From positions 1,856,001-1,920,000 of the forward strand of contig OY969814.1 of assembly GCA_963703345.1 (NCBI GenBank): 64,000 nucleotides of DNA, in the 5' to 3' direction. Origin of the DNA: an uncultured Chloroflexia bacterium. Lineage in GTDB: Bacteria > Chloroflexota > Dehalococcoidia > DSTF01 > JALHUB01. This document shows, piece after piece, positions 60,887 through 64,000 of the stretch (position 1 is the first letter of the stretch; every line of letters starts with the position of its first letter). The notes beneath the pieces were generated by a model. The model saw only the letters and a list, made by a program, of their open reading frames with translations. It did no database searches and had not been told where the DNA came from. A program made the translations under genes and the position numbers.

Positions 60887-61853
60887 AGAGTACCTCAAAG
60901 ACATCCCGATGAAGCCCTACGACTTGCTGCGGGAAGGGTTCATCGTCCTTGTCCTGGCCACGGTAATAGTTGTGATTCTGGCTGCCGTATTTCGATCGCC
61001 CGACTATCCGACGGTGCGCGGCGAGGACGTGGCGAATCTCGAACCGATCGCCTTCTTGCAGACCAGCGCCGATATTCTCGCTGGAAACCACGGTATTCAG
61101 GATTACGGGCCGCCATACACCTCCGACAGCGAGAACGCGCAAAGCCTATTCGGCGTGGCGCCAGCAAACTGGTTTGGGGCCACGATTCCCGTTGATCCGA
61201 CGAAAGACCTCGTGCTCGGCCCCTTGCAGCGGGTGGCGATCCTTAACAGTGACGTTGCCAGCGCGCTGCAAGAGTACCAGGCGGTCAGCCCTGACCAGCA
61301 GCAAACGTGGGTCACGACGTATCTTGACGGTCTGGATCAGGCGACGGAGACGAACGGCGAAGTGAACATCCCTGCCGGCGACTATGGGCCCGTCCCCACA
61401 ATGATGAACGGGATGCTTGCCCTGGGGCGGGCCGGCCTGCTGGAGGGGGCCATAGAGAGCGGCAACCAGTTGCCCTACTCCCTCAACAACACGAAGTCCC
61501 TGCTGTTTTTCCAAGATGACGTCGATGCCAGCGTCGCCGAAACACTGGACATGAAAGGCGATCAGTGGGGCGTCAGCAATGAAACGGGCCGGTTCCCCGG
61601 AGCCTGGTGGCTTTGGCCCTATTCTTTCCTCTACCAGATTCGTCCCATGTCCTCTTCGCCCAATGCCGACCTCGAGGCGATGGGGATTGCGGCCGCTGCT
61701 TTCCTGCTGCTCGTTCTGCTTCCGTTCATCCCGATCATCCGCTGGCTGCCTCGGTACCTGGGCATCCACAGGCTGATCTGGCGCGATTGGTACCGCCGGC
61801 GCGACAACCGGAGACCGAAGGCCAACGGGCCTCGAGGCACCATCAACGCCTAG
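60870..61853 (+). CDS. Membrane-anchored partner of cytochrome b (subunit IV-like ends with a large extracellular insert)
   Basis: PYDLLRE + TM; PGAWWLWPYSFLYQI; LLPFIP. Confidence 0.7.
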   Translation: MSNRTEEYLKDIPMKPYDLLREGFIVLVLATVIVVILAAVFRSPDYPTVRGEDVANLEPIAFLQTSADILAGNHGIQDYGPPYTSDSENAQSLFGVAPANWFGATIPVDPTKDLVLGPLQRVAILNSDVASALQEYQAVSPDQQQTWVTTYLDGLDQATETNGEVNIPAGDYGPVPTMMNGMLALGRAGLLEGAIESGNQLPYSLNNTKSLLFFQDDVDASVAETLDMKGDQWGVSNETGRFPGAWWLWPYSFLYQIRPMSSSPNADLEAMGIAAAAFLLLVLLPFIPIIRWLPRYLGIHRLIWRDWYRRRDNRRPKANGPRGTINA

Positions 61854-62054
61854 GCGGCGCGGTGGCCGCCCGGCCTGAGCAACGGGGTATCGGTCAGCAA
61901 GGCCTTGCCGGGACCGCACACTATTCGTCCATCGTGATGGTGACGGGCGCCCGTCGTGCACCAGCAACCGAACAAGCGATCCTCACGCCTCATTCGTCGG
62001 TTGGTGCGGTAGGCGGGGCGACGTCAACTAAGCTCAGCGCGGAAGGAGGCCGCC

Positions 62055-63275
62055 ATGCAGACCACTGATGTCTTCCTAACAGACCAGGACCGGCTCGTCC
62101 GTTCGGTAATGCGAGACTTTGTCGAACGGGAGGTCATGCCGGTCCGCCAGCAGATCGACGACGACAAGGACCACGTGGTTGTGCGCCGCCTACTCCAGGG
62201 ACTCTTCGGACTCGGCCTGATGCGCGCGGGCCTGCCCCAGGAATACGGAGGGATGGCGGCTGGCGGCGGCGGCGCGAGCAATGTCACCACCTGCCTTGTG
62301 CTGGAGGAGATATCGAGGGGTGATTGCGGCATCGCCGTTGCGGCCAGCGTAACCACCTGGGCCCTGATACCGGCGATAAGGGCGGGCAACGAGACCGTCC
62401 TGAAGCTGATGGGCGAGATGTTCGGCGGAAGTGAGCTCCGGCTGGGCTGCTTCGCCATGACCGAGCCCGCCAGTGGCTGCGACATCGAGAACCTGGCGGC
62501 ACTGCACGGCCGCCCGATTCAGACCAGGGCGGTCTTGGACGGGGATGAATGGGTCATCAACGGGGGGAAGCGCTTCCCCAGCAACGCCGGCGTCGCCGAC
62601 ATCTATTGCACTGTCTGCCAGACAGATCCCGACCTCGGCGAAGAGGGCATCGCTCTTATCTACGTACCCTCGCCGTGGGAGGGGCTGTCCTTCGGCAAGT
62701 TCGAGAGCAAGGCAGGGATGCAGGCAGACCGCAATTGCGACATCTACTTCGACAACGTGCGAGTTCCAAGGCGGTACCGCGCCGCCGGCCCGGGTGAAGA
62801 TGCCCGCCTCATGAAGCGAAACCTGACACTCGGGCGCGGCGCCAGCGCGGCGATGGCTGTGGGCAACGCCCGCGGCGCCTTCGACCGCGTCCTCGACTAC
62901 ACTGGGTCGCGAGTGGTCGAGGGACGTCCGATCCGTCAGCATTCAATGTGCGCCGGCATGCTTGCCGATATGGCGATCGGGATCGAGACGGCGCGGGCGT
63001 ACTATTTGCAGACCGCCTACATGCTCGACCGTCCGGAAGAATACGGGCAGCCGGACTCCGACGAGATGCTGTCAAGGGCCAGCCTGGCTAAGGTCCACGC
63101 CTGCGATGTCGCCGTAATGGTGGCGAACCGCGCTATGGAGTTGATGGGCTCGTATGGCTACATGCGCGAGTTCGACCTAGAGAAATACTGGCGCGACGGC
63201 AAGGAGATCCAGTTGTGGCTGGGCGGCGCGCAACTCGCCAGGCTGGATGTCGCGCGGGGCTATTACGAGCCCTAG
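62055..63275 (+). CDS. Acyl-CoA dehydrogenase
   Basis: FAMTEPASGCD, WVINGGKRFPSN, GSYGYMRE..EKYWRD. Confidence 0.93.
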   Translation: MQTTDVFLTDQDRLVRSVMRDFVEREVMPVRQQIDDDKDHVVVRRLLQGLFGLGLMRAGLPQEYGGMAAGGGGASNVTTCLVLEEISRGDCGIAVAASVTTWALIPAIRAGNETVLKLMGEMFGGSELRLGCFAMTEPASGCDIENLAALHGRPIQTRAVLDGDEWVINGGKRFPSNAGVADIYCTVCQTDPDLGEEGIALIYVPSPWEGLSFGKFESKAGMQADRNCDIYFDNVRVPRRYRAAGPGEDARLMKRNLTLGRGASAAMAVGNARGAFDRVLDYTGSRVVEGRPIRQHSMCAGMLADMAIGIETARAYYLQTAYMLDRPEEYGQPDSDEMLSRASLAKVHACDVAVMVANRAMELMGSYGYMREFDLEKYWRDGKEIQLWLGGAQLARLDVARGYYEP

Positions 63276-63359
63276 CTGGCCCGCCTCGCTTAGCAGACAC
63301 TAAGGGAAGATTGTGTTGGGCCGGCGCTCCCTTTGGGTTCTCTATATTCCTCCAACAAG

Positions 63360-63411
63360 CTTCTGATTTACACCCAGAAGGGCGCAGGTTCGAGCCCTGC
63401 ATCGCCCACCA
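63360..63411 (+). repeat. tRNA-Val(UAC) 3' fragment (att-like)
   Basis: TTTACAC loop; GCAGG-TTCGAGC-CCTGC; ATCGCCC-ACCA; no 5' half or D-arm upstream. Confidence 0.75.
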
Positions 63412-63439
63412 GAACCCCTTCGGAATAGCCAGAAGGTTC

Positions 63440-63464
63440 GCGGGGCCTCATCATGAGGCCCCGC
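63440..63464. terminator. Perfect hairpin downstream of the tRNA-Val fragment and the convergent gene
   Basis: GCGGGGCCTCA-tca-TGAGGCCCCGC. Confidence 0.5.
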
Positions 63465-63492
63465 TGTCGTTTCGCCTGAGCGCCTCTTGCGG

Positions 63493-64000
63493 CTAAGGCG
63501 TTGGGGTGACGGTCGGCGTAGCTGTCTTCGTGGGCGTTGGCGTGCTCTCGATGTTGAAGTCGTTTGGACCAATGACGACGGGCGCGGTCACGTCCGAGCT
63601 ATGAATCGCATCGAACCAGAGCTCATACTGGTCAATGTCGCCAACATCGATGGCGCTCGTGTCAACGGAGACGTCGAACGTCCCTGTATCGTTATCATCG
63701 ATGTCTTCCGGCGTCGTGCTGAAGTCGTGGCCAACTGCTATTACGTTGCCGTCGTTGTCAAACAGCGCGGCGCAGACGTGGACGTTCTCCAGGTCTTGGT
63801 TGGCGTCGATGGAACCCGTGATATGCGTCTCGTCTTCATTGGCAGTCGTAGTGATGACGATGTTGTCTTCGTCGACGTCAAGATCTGCGACGCTCTTGTG
63901 ACCGAAGGTGAGCGCCCTGACAGTCTCTTTCGTCGTCCTCGCGTTTATCGAAGACGGCGCAGTTGCCTCAACTGGCGAATCCATCCCCTTCTGCAGAGTG
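63493..64000 (-). CDS. Partial acidic secreted protein, FxLYD-like domain with PT tail (5' end outside the window)
   Basis: ITGSI..NVHVCAALFDNDGNVI..TGTFDV; TPTP tail. Confidence 0.6.
   Translation of the reverse strand, partial: TLQKGMDSPVEATAPSSINARTTKETVRALTFGHKSVADLDVDEDNIVITTTANEDETHITGSIDANQDLENVHVCAALFDNDGNVIAVGHDFSTTPEDIDDNDTGTFDVSVDTSAIDVGDIDQYELWFDAIHSSDVTAPVVIGPNDFNIESTPTPTKTATPTVTPTP

Overview
High-GC bacterial chromosome window, most likely Chloroflexota (Dehalococcoidia-like). The taxonomy is inferred from gene content and style only. The left part (1-34 kb) is mostly core genome: a GT4, thyX, rplU-rpmA-rpmE, a his cluster with two inserted genes, a GT-C/GT2 glycosylation cluster, three paralogous lipoproteins, mreBCD-mrdA-rodA, ligA, a cluster of degenerate GH38-like/NarL/GGDEF genes, a Na/Ca antiporter and a methylmalonyl-CoA mutase operon. 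The right part (34-64 kb) is accessory. It includes a ~6.5 kb phage-satellite-like element (Prim-Pol fused to a Rep-like domain without the HUH motif, two P27-type small terminases, ParB-methylase, no capsid/TerL/integrase). It also includes an array of five tRNA-Lys(UUU)-derived sites (47.07-54.76 kb). Three of these share a conserved ~105-nt structured upstream arm (truncated in one), and in the two complete copies the arm follows a -10 element. The sites delimit single-gene, integrase-free cassettes, and this array is the best candidate for an undescribed system. Other oddities are an obligatory AUU start for rplU, a probable ACG start for hisA, a signal-peptidase homologue with both catalytic residues replaced by Gly, a candidate riboswitch/attenuator upstream of a cohesin-dockerin surface protein, and several pseudogenes or frameshifts.
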